Part shown: positions 27,790 to 43,030 of the stretch, in pieces
Position numbering within the stretch: position 1 is the first letter of the stretch
Layout: each line of letters begins with the position of its first letter
Assembly (NCBI RefSeq): GCF_009914755.1
Contig: NC_060933.1
Length of the DNA: 64,000 nt
Source: the human T2T-CHM13v2.0 reference genome, Homo sapiens
Reading direction: 5' to 3' (one strand)
The notes under the pieces: model-generated
Databases searched by the model: none
Seen by the model: the letters and a program-made list of their open reading frames with translations, nothing else
Told to the model about the DNA's origin: nothing
Translations under genes and position numbers: made by a program

Positions 27790-28050
27790 GAGGAACAAGT
27801 TCCAGAGATCTGTTGTACATCATGGTGACTGTACCATGATGGTGACTGTAGACAGATCATTAATTATCTACAGTTAATAAGAATATATTACATACTTCTA
27901 AATTGCCAAGAGAGTAGATTTTGAGTGCTCTCATCACAAAAATATGTGTGAGCTAATGTAAATATTAAATAGCTTGATTTAGCCATTGCACAAGCGTCAT
28001 ATTTTATATCATATATATATGATTTTTACTCATCAATTAAATAAATAAAT
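27790..28050 (+). mobile_element. L1MA 3' end fragment
   Basis: gatctgttgtacatcatggtgact...gagagtagattttgagtgctctcatcacaaaa...cttgatttagccatt. Confidence 0.6.
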
Positions 28051-29195
28051 ACATAAGTAATGTTTTAAAAAGGATAACATAGATCTATATATGTATTGCC
28101 ATAGAGAAATGAATGTGATATATTGTTGAGTTAAAAATAAGTGGCATATACATTTTTATCTGATATAAATAAAGAAATCACACAGATTAACTTATTTTTT
28201 CAGACAAGTGAATCACATGGTAAGCAGCTGAGAATCACTGTACAGAGTATGTATTTTTGGTTTCTAAAAAATTTCCTTCCTATTCCAAATAAGTTTGGTT
28301 TTTTAGAATCACTTCAACTACCTTCAACTTCTATCCTGTTGGGTGGAGGGGAGCAGCCACTCTTACTTACTCTTGAGGCAGAATTGGCCCTCTCTTTGGG
28401 CCTTGAAAAGAACACTCATAAGAGAAATGTTTTTTGCCTTGCCAGCCCTGCAGGGATTTGCATCCGCGAGGGAAGCATGGCTCAGTTATAGGCAGACATC
28501 AGCACCACATGGTTCCCTGCTCCTCATCCACCTCAAGGCAGCATCAGGCACCATTCATCTTTATATCCATGTCTATTTGCTGAGACCCTGTGAATGTAGC
28601 ATCAGCAGGTTTTATGACTCAGAACCAGTTTCTTCTCATTTCTCTTCACAGAATAAAAAACTAAAGCTTAGAGGGGTCATAAAGGTGTGCTCTGATTCTC
28701 ACAGTGGAAGGAGGCCCCAATAACCTGCACCCATCCCCACCTGGTCTCCCTCACCTACTTGGGAATGAGCCCGGGGAGCACAGGCTGATTCTGGGATGAT
28801 GTTAGAGAGGTCCTACATCCTGCGGGCACTTTCCACTCCACGTTACCCAGTGAGTCAAAGTCTTCTAAAAAGACATTTAGTCATTCAAAACTGGTGCAGA
28901 TCCCAGTGTCCAGGGAGGAACTTTCACTCTGGAAAACAGGAGCTCATTTCCCTTTGAGGAAATCATTTCTTTAGGATATCATTTCCAGCCACCACCCAGG
29001 ATCCTGAGCAGGTGCTGCAGCTCCCAAAGCACCACTGCGGAGAAGCTCAAACCTTACAAATACCATGTTATTGTTCCTGTGGAGGACTGCTTCTCCCAGA
29101 GATAATGGTACTGATAACTTCAATTCCACGTGGCCTTTTAACCAAAAGACCTCAACACCTCTTTATCGAATGATGGCTATATGGCCACTTTTCTT

Positions 29196-29204
<9 letters not shown>

Positions 29205-29229
<25 letters not shown>

Positions 29230-31302
29230 TGATCATTCTTGGGTGTTTCTCGCACAGGGGGATTTGGCAGGGTCATAGGACAATAGTGGAGGGAAGGTCA
29301 GCAGATAAACAAGTGAACAAAGGTCTCTGGTTTTCCTAGGCAGAGGACCCTGCGGCCTTCCGCAGTGTTTGTGTCCCTGGGTACTTGAGATTAGGGAGTG
29401 GTGATGACTCTTAAGGAGCATGCTGCCTTCAAGCATCTGTTTAACAAAGCACATCTTGCACCGCCCTTAATCCATTTAACCCTGAGTGGACACAGCACAT
29501 GTTTCAGAGAGCACAGGGTTGGGGGTAAGGTCACAGATGAACAGGATCCCAAGGCAGAAGAATTTTTCTTAGTACAGAACAAAATGAAAAGTCTCCCATG
29601 TCTATTTCTTTCTACACAGACACGGCAACCATCCGATTTCTCAATCTTTTCCCCACCTTTCCCCCCCTTCTATTCCACAAAACCGCCATTGTCATCATGG
29701 CCCGTTCTCAATGAGCTGCTGGGCACACCTCCCAGACGGGGTGGTGGCCCGGCAGAGGGGCTCCTCACCTCCCAGTAGGGGTGGCCGGGCAGAGGCGCCC
29801 CTCACCTCCCAGACGGGGCGGCTGGCCGGGCGGGGGGCTGACCCCCCACCTCCCTCCCGGACGGGGCGGCTGGCCAGGCGGGGGGCTGACCCCCCCACCT
29901 CCCTCCCGGACGGGGCGGCTGGCCGGGCAGAGGGGCTCCTCACTTCCCAGTAGGGGCGGCTGGGCAGAGGCACCCCTCACCTCCCGGACGGGGCGGCTGG
30001 CCGGGCAGAGGGGCTCCTCACTTCCCAGTAGGGGCGGCTGGGCAGAGGCACCCCTCACCTCCCGGACGGGGCGGCTGGCCAGGCGGGGGGCTGACCCCCC
30101 CACCTCCCTCCCGGACGGGGAGGCTGGCCGGGCAGAGGGGCTCCTCACTTCCCAGTAGGGGCGGCTGGGCAGAGGCACCCCTCACCTCCCGGACGGGGCG
30201 GCTGGCCGGGCGGGGGGCTGACCCCCCCACCTCCCTCCCAGACAGGGCGGCTGTCCGGGCAGAGGGGCTCCTCACTTCCCAGTAGGGGCGGCTGGGCAGA
30301 GGCACCCCTCACCTCCCAGACGGGGTGGCTGGCCGGGCGGGGGGCTGACCCCCCACCTCCCTCCCGGACGGGCGGCTGGCAGGGCGGGGGGCTGACCCCC
30401 CCACCTCCCTCCCGGACGGGGCGGCTGGCCTGGCGGGGGCTGACCCCCACCTCCCTCCCGGACGGGGTGGCTGCCGGGTGGAGACGCTCCTCACTTCCCA
30501 GACGGGGTGGCTGCTGGGTGGAGGGGCTCCTCACTTCTCAGATGGGGCGGCCGGGCAGAGACGCTCCTCACCTCCCAGACGGGGTCGCAGCCGGGCAGAG
30601 GCGCTCCTCACATCCCAGACGGGGCGGCGGGGCAGAGGTGCTCCCCACATCTCAGATGATGGGCGGCCGGGCAGAGACGCTCCTCACTTCCTAGATGGGA
30701 TGGCGGCCGGGAAGAGGCGCTCCTCACTTCCTAGATGGGATGGCGGCCGGGCAGAGACGCTCCTCACTTTCCAGACTGGGCAGCCAGGCAGAGGGGCTCC
30801 TCACGTCCCAGACGATGGGTGGCCAGGCAGAGACGCTCCTCACTTCCCAGACGGGGTGGCGGCCGGGCAGAGGCTGCACTCCCGGCACTTTGGGAGGCCA
30901 AGGCAGGCGGCTGGGAGGTGGAGGTTGTAGCGAGCCGAGATCACGCCACCGCACTCCAGCCTGGACACCATTGAGCACTGAGTGAACCAGACTCCGTCTG
31001 CAATCCCGGCACCTCGGGAGGCCGAGGCTGGCGGATCACTCGCGGTTAGGAGCTGGAGACCAGCCCGGCCAACACAGCAAAACCCCACCAAAAAAATACG
31101 AAAACCAGTCAGGCGTGGCGGCGCGCGCCTGCACTCGCAGGCACTCGGCAGGCTGAGGCAGGAGAATCAGGCAGGGAGGTTGCAGTGAGCCGAGATGGCA
31201 GCAGTACAGTCCAGCTTCGGCTCGGCATCAGAGAGAGACCGTGGAAAGAGAGGGAGAGGGAGACCGTGGGGAGAGGGAGAGGGAGAGGGAGAGGGAGAGG
31301 GC
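29205..31302 (-). mobile_element. Full-length SVA retrotransposon (probably SVA_D)
   Basis: poly-T, SINE-R (~29230-29720), GC-rich VNTR (~29760-30870), Alu-like region, (AGAGGG)n hexamers 31246-31301; TSD tctttgatttttt. Confidence 0.96.
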
Positions 31303-31369
31303 TCTTTGATTTTTTAAAAATTCCTCCTAAGTGAAATTCTGTTTCTTTTGACCAGCATTTCCCTATAGT

Positions 31370-32510
31370 CTACCTCCCTGCAAGCCCTGGGTAAGCACCA
31401 TTCTACTCTCTACTTCTATGAGTTCAGCTTTTTAAAGATTTCACATATAAGGTAAATCATGCAGTATTTGTTTCTGTGTGTCTGGTTTATTTCACTTAAC
31501 ACAATGTCCTCCAGGCTCATTCATGTAGTTTCAAATGATTGATTTTCCTTCATTTTAAGGTTGTATAATATTCTATTGCATATGTATGCCACATTTTCTT
31601 ATCCATTCGTCCACTGATGGACATTTATGTTGGTTCCATATCTTGGCTATTGTGAATAATGCTGCAATGAGCATGAGAGTGCAGATAGCTCTTGAGCATA
31701 ATAGATTCCATTTCCTTTGCATAAATACCCACTTGTGGGAATGCTGGTTATATGGTGGTTTAAATTTCAAATTTTTGAGGCACCTCCATACTGCTCTCCA
31801 CAATGGCTGTACTACTTTGCTTTCCCACCAACAGCGTGCAAGTGTTCCCTTTCCACACTTTCCCTCCAACACTTGTTGTCTTTCTCTTTCTGATAATGGC
31901 CCCTAACAGGTGTGAGGTGATATCACGCTGTGGTTTTACTTGCATTTCTATGGTGGTTAGAGATGTGGAGCATTTTGTATATACTTATTGGCCATTTGTG
32001 TATCCTCATTTCAGAAATGTCTATTCAGATATTTTGCCCATTTTTATATTCAGTTTAGTTGTTTTCTTACTATTGAGTTAACTGGGTTCTTTATACATTT
32101 GAATATTACCTCCTTGTGAAATGAATGGTTTAAAGATATTTTTCTCCCGTTCCATAGTGTGTCTCTTCACTCTGTTGATTGCTCCCTTGGCTGGGCAAGG
32201 GTTTTCTAGTTTGTTGAAATTCCATGTGTCTATTTTTGCTTTTGTAGCCTATGCTTTTAAAGTCATATCCAAAAACTAATTGCCCACACCAGTGTCATGT
32301 AGATTTCCCTCTATGTTTTCTTCTAGTAGTTTTATAGTTTCAGGTCTTATGTTGAAGTCGTTAGTCTATTTTGAGGGAAGTTTTGTATGGTGAGAGATGA
32401 GGATCTAATTCCATTTTTCTACACGTGGCGATCCAGTTGTCCCAACACCATTTATTGAAGAGACCATCTTTTCCCTATTGTATGTTCTTGGCACTTTTGT
32501 CAAAATTCAG
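31370..32510 (-). mobile_element. L1MA-type LINE 3' portion (shorter counterpart at 61890-62380, +)
   Basis: Reverse ORF2 C-terminal motifs (VVQPLWRAVWRCLK, HKCPSVDEWIRK). Confidence 0.8.
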
Positions 32511-33717
32511 TGTCTGCTCTTAAACCTGGTAGAATCTGGTGGTTGCCCCTGATAGAGTCCAGGGAGAGTCAGTTATATGATTTCTGAGGATGGAGCATAA
32601 CAATGTGCTACGCACTTCACCCTGCTGCATGGGATAACTTGCTCTTGGAACATAGGTGTCATTCTGCGAGGATGCCCAAACTTGCTCTCACAGAGAGGCC
32701 ATGTAAGGTATGCTTTAGCTAATAATACATATTTTCTTAACTAACTAAGGCCTCTGGAAGGATTCTGTCTTTGACCTCATAATAAAGCAATATGAGATTA
32801 GCCCTACTATAAGCAAATGTTCACATAGCTCATTTATTTTTCACAATAATCCTGTGAGGAAAGTAGGATGGTTATCCTCATTTTCTGAGTGATGAAACTG
32901 AGGCTCAGAGGAGGTGTGTGACCTACCCAAGACCCCACAGCTGGAAACCACGGAATGGCTGGTCCCTCCCATCACTGCCTCTGCCACATCCTCCCCTGTC
33001 CTGTCCCTGTGCTCTGGGTGCCTGCGGTGCTTAAGGGCAGATGTGAAGAGAGAGCACGGGAGGGCTTTGACACAGGTGTTTCAGGAGGAGGAGGTAGGGT
33101 CAGCTGCCTGGAGGTGGGAATAATGTTTCTAAGTAAAGCAAAATCAGTACACAGAGGCCAAATTCATAATTTATGGATACATCTTTCTTGGCTTGAATAA
33201 CTATTTTTGTCTCAGCTTTTGAAATATTGCTTAGTTACCCAGCTGCTGGACGTGGCCTCATCATTTTTGTAAAAGATGAGAAATCCCTGCCTACATTTGC
33301 AATTCCCACCTAAAGCCCAACATTTCTCATTCATTTTAATTTCAAAGAAATACATATCATTGAAAATTTTTTTCAAACAATAATAAAGTATGAAGTATAT
33401 TGTTGAATAGAGAAAAACAAAGTGCCAAGCAGGATATAATGTGCTGCCTTTTTTTGGAAAAAAAAAGAAAATAAGAATATCTGTCTCTATTTTTCTTAGA
33501 AGCATAAATAAATTTTAGACTAATGCATAAGAAACTGACAATAGACGTATCGGTGGGCTGGGGACTGAGATGGATGAAAAGTTTTTACTGTACTCTTATG
33601 TATTTGGGAGAGGGAGGTTTGAATAATGTGACTTTATTCCATACTATAAAAAATTATATTCAAACAAAAAATATTGAATCACAAAAAAGAACATAAAGTA
33701 AAAATTAGTGTCTCTAA

Positions 33718-34039
<322 letters not shown>

Positions 34040-37000
34040 CCACTACTTCTTATTGCCAAAGATAACTGTTAACAATCTAATATATACTCCTCTAGGCTTT
34101 ATGCATAAACCTATGTCTACATATCAAAATACATAGATATAGTTATTTTATTTTATTTTGGCTTTCAATGGGATCATACTATGCATATTGTTCTGGAATT
34201 TCCTCTTTGCATGCAGTGGTATATACTGGACACATTTCCATGTTTACACCACGGAACTATAATTCAATGCTCCACTATTGGTAAATATTTAGTTTTATTT
34301 GTAAATGTTTGAATAAATGAAGTATCTAATATTCATGTTTATGTGACTATTTCTAAGTGAATTTGATGGGGCCAAGAATGCATCCCTTAAAAAAAGGATG
34401 AACAATTCCAGGTCACCAGACAAAAAAATTGCCTCACTTTACAACAACAATCAAGAGGATTCATTCCCGCTCACTCTCACCAATCCTAAAAATCAGCAAA
34501 GCTTACACCTTGGTAAAACTTGGTGGTTTGAAATAGAAGAGATCTTGTTTTGCCTCGCATCTCTTGGGTTATGAGAGGGACTGAGCATTTTCTCCTGATT
34601 TGTGTTTCCTTTTGCTCACACTCTGAGAACAAGGCTGGACTTGCACGGAGGGAGCGTGGCTTCCCTTCCCAACTCCTTGACTCAGAAGATGTCATCGTAT
34701 CACAGGAGGAGCCATAAGACATCAGTTTCATCTAAGACAGAGGTGGAAAATGGAAATGCTGTGGGGGCCCTGCAGGAAAGTGCCCACGAATGCTGATGGG
34801 GTCTGTTGAAAGGCAGTGAGGGCTATGTTAACTGTGGGGTGCACCCCTTACCTAAAGGAATTTACACTTCAAAAACTGGTCATGGTGGTGCAGACTGAAT
34901 ATCACCTGTCTGTGGGGAGCAGATGTGGCCACCAGCTGTACCCCTCATCTGAAACAGTGGAATCTGATTGCCCAGAGAAATACATCTAAGTGTCAGATAT
35001 TGGTTTCCGCAGGAAAAAAAAATCCTCTGTGTTCAAAATTTTAATATTTGACTAACTTTTGTTTGTTTTAAGTTAATCTCTTGTCTTAGATTTAAGACTT
35101 TAAGATAAAATTTAATTTTTAGAAAACACATAAAGTGCTTTCTTTCCTCCTCATCTAGACCTAAAATGGATAATTTCAGGTAAGAGGAATCATAAATTTG
35201 TCAGGGAGCAAATACTGGGAATTCGCTTATCTTTGCTTTAGCATTTGTCTATGTTTATTTAGGCTCATTTTGAGTAAAATGATTCTTAAATCTTTTATTA
35301 AGCTGAACCACATGAATTTGCCACTTTGAAGGTCAAAAATAGTTAAATTTCAGCAATGTCATATGAATCAGTGAAAACCTTACCAGCACTCTTGTCTACT
35401 CCACAGCCGATTTATGTTAAAGCGTCCAGGCCTTTCCGCAGGGCAGTTTGAACAATACCACGAAGTGCTGAGACTCCCGTGAATTAGTCTGGTTTTTTAT
35501 GATCTGATTCAGGCTCTTGCCCCATCTCCTTGTTGCTTTGATTATCAGCTGGGTGGGAGTTTTTGTAGCAGTTTTGGTAGCAGCCTCAAGGAAGGCAAGC
35601 AGCTGTGTCTCCTACATGAAGTATCTGCTTACAGGGGCAATATTTTCCAAAAGTTGTTTCCTTTGCAGAGAAGCCTTTTTGGCTCTGAGTGGAAATAGTG
35701 ACTAGACACTGGTCTGTGTTGCTCTGAGGTGTGAAATATCACCTGTTTGCTGAAGCAACATCCCATAACCGCTGCATCTGGGCCTCTCCAGCCAGATGAT
35801 TCCTCATGTCACGGGACCATTCGTTTTCATCAAGATCTTCGTCCCCGCCACCTAGCATCTGCAGAACATCCTTGATGAGATGACACTGCTTCTGATGCTT
35901 CCCAGAATACAAGGAAGATGAAGAGCACAACTGATCCAGTCATCTGCTGGATCTGTACATTTGAGTATGAAACAGAGCTCAAACATACCTCTAAATCTGA
36001 GTCTATCCAGCCCACACATGGTTGAATAAACTCAATGCACCTCACCATGGAGCTTCACAATGGCTATTTGTGTTGCAACAGAGGATGAAGCAGATGGTCT
36101 TTCTAATGAAAAGATGTTGAGAAAGGCTTCAGGTGTCCTGGGGGGATCCCAGAATGAGACTAAAGATTTGGAAGGGCCTTTGTTAACCACTGAGTCGAAC
36201 TCCCCAGAATCCTTTTACAGAATCCCTGACCACCAATCCTTCAAAGATTTCAGGAATTTGCATACCCCAGGGAAGATTTCGTGGGTGAAGAGATGAGAAA
36301 TTCTGGAACCACAACACACTTGAAATTATCATAAGAAGAATAAAATGCAATTTTGTTCCAGTTAGTAGTTCTTACTAAAAGATATTTTAGGCAGGCATTG
36401 TATTGAACCAAGACCATTTTCTTCCACTGTGGCCATTCTGATTTCAAATTGCTCCTTCTGCTTCATATCCTCTTCAATTCCATCTTGTGTCAGATAGAGC
36501 CAGAATAGAAAGAAACACTGTTTAACAAAACCCATTTGTGTCAGCTTGAAGGATGAACACCTGTCGTGGGAGCATCTCACGCTTCCTACAAGATTTCAAC
36601 AGGGTCACTCCAGTTCATAGGCAGGTTGTGTGTCTTCAGTGTGTGGCCATTTGCTGTTTGGATAACAAGACATATTTTCCCTGGACACCCTGCACCAGAC
36701 TCTGCCTTTTTTCAGTCTTCCTCCTATTTTCTCTTCTCCCCAACACACTAAAACTGGAAGTACACCATGTCATCACACAAGCAATGCACCAGTGTCAAAA
36801 ATACCTTGCAGATGGACAGTACACATCCCCATGTAGTAGGTAAGGATGATATTATTATTTACATTTTTCTATTGGAAGATCAGAGGCACAGAGTGTTCAA
36901 ATTACTTGCCTGAGGGCACACAAATCACTTCCCTTTTGTGTTTCAATTATACAATGGCTTAGTGATTGATTCTTTCTTCAGATGGTAGTTGTGAGGAGTG

Positions 37001-37465
37001 AAGGAAATTAAATCAAGTCTGGAAAGGAAATTAAATTAATGAAGGGTCTGGCATGTGGGTCCTCAATGCAGGGTGATTATTGTTAGCATCAATTATTTAT
37101 GGCAATGACCATAATGTTGGTAAACTTGATGGGGAAAATAATAATATCATAAATTAATAATAATAATAATAAGGTTGAAGTTAGAACGCTCCCCCAAATA
37201 CATGGAAATTAGGGCAACAAATTACATTACATTTTGCATATAAAATGAGTTAGTTTATAAATTGAGAAGGAACGGGCATCCTCATTCACTGCAGGCATGA
37301 GCACACAATGGAATAACTCTTGTCAGCAAGCTGATCCATTTCTAGGGATTAATATGGTAATTATATCTGCACACATTGAAAAAGATACATGTGCAAAGAT
37401 ATTCAATGCAGTATTGTTCCTAAATGAAACACAAAAAAATTTGAAATGCCCATCAAGAGCAGAAA

Positions 37466-38513
<1,048 letters not shown>

Positions 38514-39749
38514 CCACGCAGAATGTATGCTGCTGGAAACAGACTGGGCCTCAGCATCTTCCTACCCCACCAGCTTCTGGGAGGGCATTTTGCCCTGTGC
38601 CTCCTGGGTGTTTCCTTGCTTGATCATGTCTAGGAGACAAAAGACTTGCACCTTATCATTTATGATAAATTCAGTGTCAGATTCTTAATACTAAATCAGG
38701 TGACAATGCTTCAGTGAACAATCTCAGGAATTAAAATAATGAAGTTCATTCATTCACCAATTCTTCGTGTGTGTGTGGTTTAAGACAATTTATTTTGCTC
38801 ATGATTTTGTGGATTGGAGCCCAGCCACATTTGATAAGATGGAGAAATGGATTCCACCTCTTGAAGACAAGCAGGAGCGTCACAGTACAGAACAGCATAC
38901 AGGCTGGAAGAGATTTCTGCAGCCATCTTTGGAGAATACAATATGCTGCATACGTTATTAAAGATTCTTCATAACTGCAATGACTGAACTGTATTCTAAC
39001 TAAAAATGTATCACCATCGATTTGATGAATTTCAATTGCTGGAAACTTTAGAAACAATATTACAAATATCTTAATGATGAACATCATTCTACATAAAATT
39101 ATCTGCACCTCTGAAAATTTTTTATTATGTTAATTAAGGCAGAATTACCAGATTATAAAGTTAAAACTACTTGATATAAATGGCCAACTTAATTCTCAGC
39201 AAAAACCCAGTTGAGATCCACTTCATTTAAAAATATTTTACTCTTTGAAAGAAAAACATTCCCATCAACACAGCTTAAAAATACTTGTGACTATTTTCAT
39301 TTATTATTTTTACCAATCGTTTTTAGATATAAACAAAATTCCCACTAAAATTTGTATTAGAATTTAATTAAACCTATAAATGAACATAGGATGTACTGGC
39401 CCATCTTAAATGTAAGTCTTGCGGTCCAGAAGTCTTCTACCCTGATCTTCTTCTATAATCATTGTGAGAAATGTACAGTATTCGTAATTGAATTGTTTCT
39501 AGCATTTTACATTTCTGTAATTGTTTAAGGAGGAGCTTTTTCCCCTATTATATACTTAAGTTGATTAGTGATGCGTAATTGGGAAAGTGATTGTTTTGTG
39601 TATTTATGCATGTTCAGACATCTTTCTAAATTCTTTTTTGTTCTAATAGTTTTTAATTGATTATCTTAGGCTTTCCAGGTAGACAATCATATTAACAGCA
39701 GGTGGTGATTGATACTTTTTTTTCATTAGGTTAGATTGGGGAGAATTGA

Positions 39750-41030
39750 TGGGCTTTTCTTTTTTTTACATTTTTAATTATTGTGAATACATAATAGTGT
39801 ACATATTTATGGGGTAAATGTGATTTTTTTCCAACTTTTATTTTGGATTCAGAAGGTAAATGTGCAGGTTTGTTACCTGGATGTATTGCATGATCCTGAA
39901 GTCTGGAGTATGAAGGATCCAGTCACCCAAATACTGAGCATAGTATCCAATAGTTGTTGTTCAGCCTTTGTTACCATCCCCCACACTCCTCTAGTAGTCC
40001 CCAGTTTCTATTGTTGCCATGTTTATGATCATGAGTACACAAAGTTTAGTTCCCATTTATAAGTGAAAATGTGTGGTATTTGATTTTGTTCCTGTATTAA
40101 TTCACTTAGGTTAATGGCCTCCAACTGCATCCATGTTACTGTAAAGCACATGATCTCCTTTTTTATGGCTGTATAGCATTCCATGATGTATATGTACTAC
40201 ATTTTCTTTATCCAATCCATCGATGGGCAACTAGATTGATTTCATGTCTTTGCTATTGTGAATAGTGCTGCAATTAATGTGTGACTGCATGTGTCTTTTT
40301 TGTAGAATGATTTGTTTTCTTTTGGATATATATCCAGTAATAGGATTGCTGGTTCAAGTGGTAGTTCTGTTTTAAGTTCTTTGAGAAATCTCCAAACTGC
40401 TTTCCACAGTGGCTGAAATAATTTACAATCCCACCAAGAGTATATAGGTGTTCCCTTTTCTCCATGGCCTCCCCAGCAGCTGTTATTTTTTTACTTTTTA
40501 ATAAAAGCCATTCTGACTGGTGGGAGATGGTATCTCATTGTGGTTTGGAATTGCATTTCTCTGATGATTAGTGATGTTGAGCACTTTTTCATATGTTTGT
40601 TGGCCACTTGTATATATTCTTTTGAGAAGTGTCTATTCATATCTTTCACCCATTATTCCATGAAGTCATTTGGTTTTTGCTTGTTGAGTTGTTTAAATTC
40701 CTGACAGAGTCAATATTAGACCTTTGTTAGATGTATAGTTTGTGTCATTCACCAATTCTAAAAACACACATAAACATTTTTTTTTTCCACTTTAAGCTCA
40801 GGGGATTAGTGTGCAGGTTTGTTGCATGGGAAAATTTCATGTCACTGAGGCTTGGTGTACAAATGATCCCCTCACCATGGTAGTAAGTGGAGTACCCAAC
40901 AGGTGGCATTCCAATCAAGGTCCCCCTCTCAGTCTTCCACCACAAGTAGCCCTCAGTGTCATTGTTCCCATCTTTGTGTCCATGTGCATTCAATGTTTAG
41001 CCCCCACTTATAAGTGAGACCATGTGGTAT
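39750..41030 (-). mobile_element. L1 (L1PB/L1MA-type) fragments
   Basis: Reverse 3' UTR and ORF2 motifs (gtgcaggtttgttac, gagaaatctccaaactgctttccacagtgg). Confidence 0.8.
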
Positions 41031-41726
41031 TGGTAAAACATTCTTTTTAAAAATATTTGAGACCATGAAAAGGAAATAAAACTGAATAATCAATAATAAT
41101 CAGGAATAATCCCCAATTCCTTATACGATCCCTTCAAAACCCCCAACCAGAGGAATCTTTTCAATATAAACTTTGGAACTTCTGTTAATATCTCACTGCA
41201 CTCTGGAGGTTTATACTTGTTTTTCTTGTGTCCTGTTTTTCTCCCCCGTCCCACGCCCAGCCCTGCAGCAGTGGCTGCCTCTCTGTCTTGGTCTCTGTCC
41301 TGTCTCATTGTCCTCAAATCAGACCTGCAGCTATGGTCCCAAGCAATTCCAATTTTCCCCCTCAAATCCACAGGATACACCGAGGACCCAACTTCTACTG
41401 TTGAGAACTAACTCACCCTCTGAATAAGGGGTCTGATCTTTATTTGGGATCATTGCTAAGATAGAAAAAGAAAATAGCATGTAAGAATTCTGTATACAAC
41501 TCATTTCTGATTGGAGGAGGCCACAATTGCTTCTGTTAATCACTTCATTTTTCTTTCACAGTATCCACGGATGTGGTGCTTTCCTATTGTAGGAGGAGAA
41601 ATCAGGCAGATGGCAGAAGGAACAGGTCAGATCTCGAGAAGAGATCCTCTGGCCTTCAAAGAAAAGTTTGTGGATTATAGATTCAGGAGTGAAGATTAGG
41701 AATCTGGGGAGACATTCTACAAGATC

Positions 41727-41995
<269 letters not shown>

Positions 41996-42639
41996 TAAAA
42001 ATATCTGTCAAACTCTGTGCCCATTTGCTGTAAAAGCAAGATTACTGAGTTAATCTTAGATTTTAAAATGGAAAGGCTGGGCCTCAGAAAAGCAGTTAGG
42101 AAAGCTACCTGGACATTTCTAAGTTTCTAAGGCAATGCTCCAACTGTCCCAAGCAAAGGACAATGAGCACAAAGTTAGAGGAGCTTCATTAATTATTGAC
42201 GACTGATTCATTCACTTACTTAATGAAAGACTTGAAGGAAGGAAGAATCCCCGAATGGAGGAGACTGGAAAGGACGCACGACAAACGCCCGCGGTCTCTG
42301 GAGACCGAGCCAGTCCCCTCCCTCCCCAGGGTCTGGTCTTGACCATTGCATGCGTGTTTTGGGGGTGCCTTTCTCTACCAGATTCTACTAAAGCTCAGCT
42401 GCACACACCCTTAAATGGGAGAGAAGGCTTCTGCTCGCGGGCCCTGCATTCTTCCACCCGGCCCCACCTTTCTGTGGACTAAACAGGAACCACTGGACTA
42501 TAGTAAATCTCAGCCCTGCAGGAGATTTTAGTAAAGAACTAGGACTAAAGAAAAGCAGGGTTGGGCTGATAATGCACACAGGGCTAGCTTTAAATTTCTT
42601 TTCATGAATCACTCTCCCAGCGCATTAAGTCGGGTGCTT

Positions 42640-43030
42640 TGTTGATCCAGACCCTAGAGGGAGACTTCCGACCCTCCACTCGGCAGCCCCTGGATGGCGC
42701 AGCTCCACCTCCCCGCCCCCAACTCCTGCCTCGGGTCCTCTAGGCAGGCGCGCCGGGTCCTGCGACAGGTTGGGACTGAGCTGCATGGTGCTGCGTCCCA
42801 GTGCCCTGAGGCTACGCCCAGAGGCGGCTCAGCCAATCACAGTGCGGGCAGGCGGTGGGGACAGAGCCGCCTGGGTGGCATCCTGGTGGGGGACTTTAGA
42901 GGTCAAACTGGCAACCTTGAGGCGGCCGCAGAGGACTGAAGACCCCTGGACCCTGCACTTGCCGACTGTGCCTGTACAGACGGGACGGGGGCCACCCCGG
43001 TGCCCGGCGAGTACCTCCGCTCTGTGAGTG
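42640..43030 (+). promoter_or_regulatory. CpG-enriched putative promoter / non-coding exon 1 of CTSL3P
   Basis: GC box ccccgccccc 42711-42720, CCAAT 42833-42837, no TATA, candidate donor GTGAGT at 43024; ~0.8 kb upstream of the ATG exon, as for the CTSL promoter. Confidence 0.55.

Noticed and set aside
28343-28723. Homologous ORFs 28343..28723(+) and 62927..63247(-) as a conserved gene pair
   Set aside because: Starts and ends differ by frameshifts; similarity is explained by the inverted duplication.
29398-31188. Dense cluster of GC-rich ORFs on both strands and a tandem array that superficially resembles a repeat-spacer locus
   Set aside because: All lie in the SVA VNTR/SINE-R; units are degenerate tandem copies without unique spacers, so not CRISPR.
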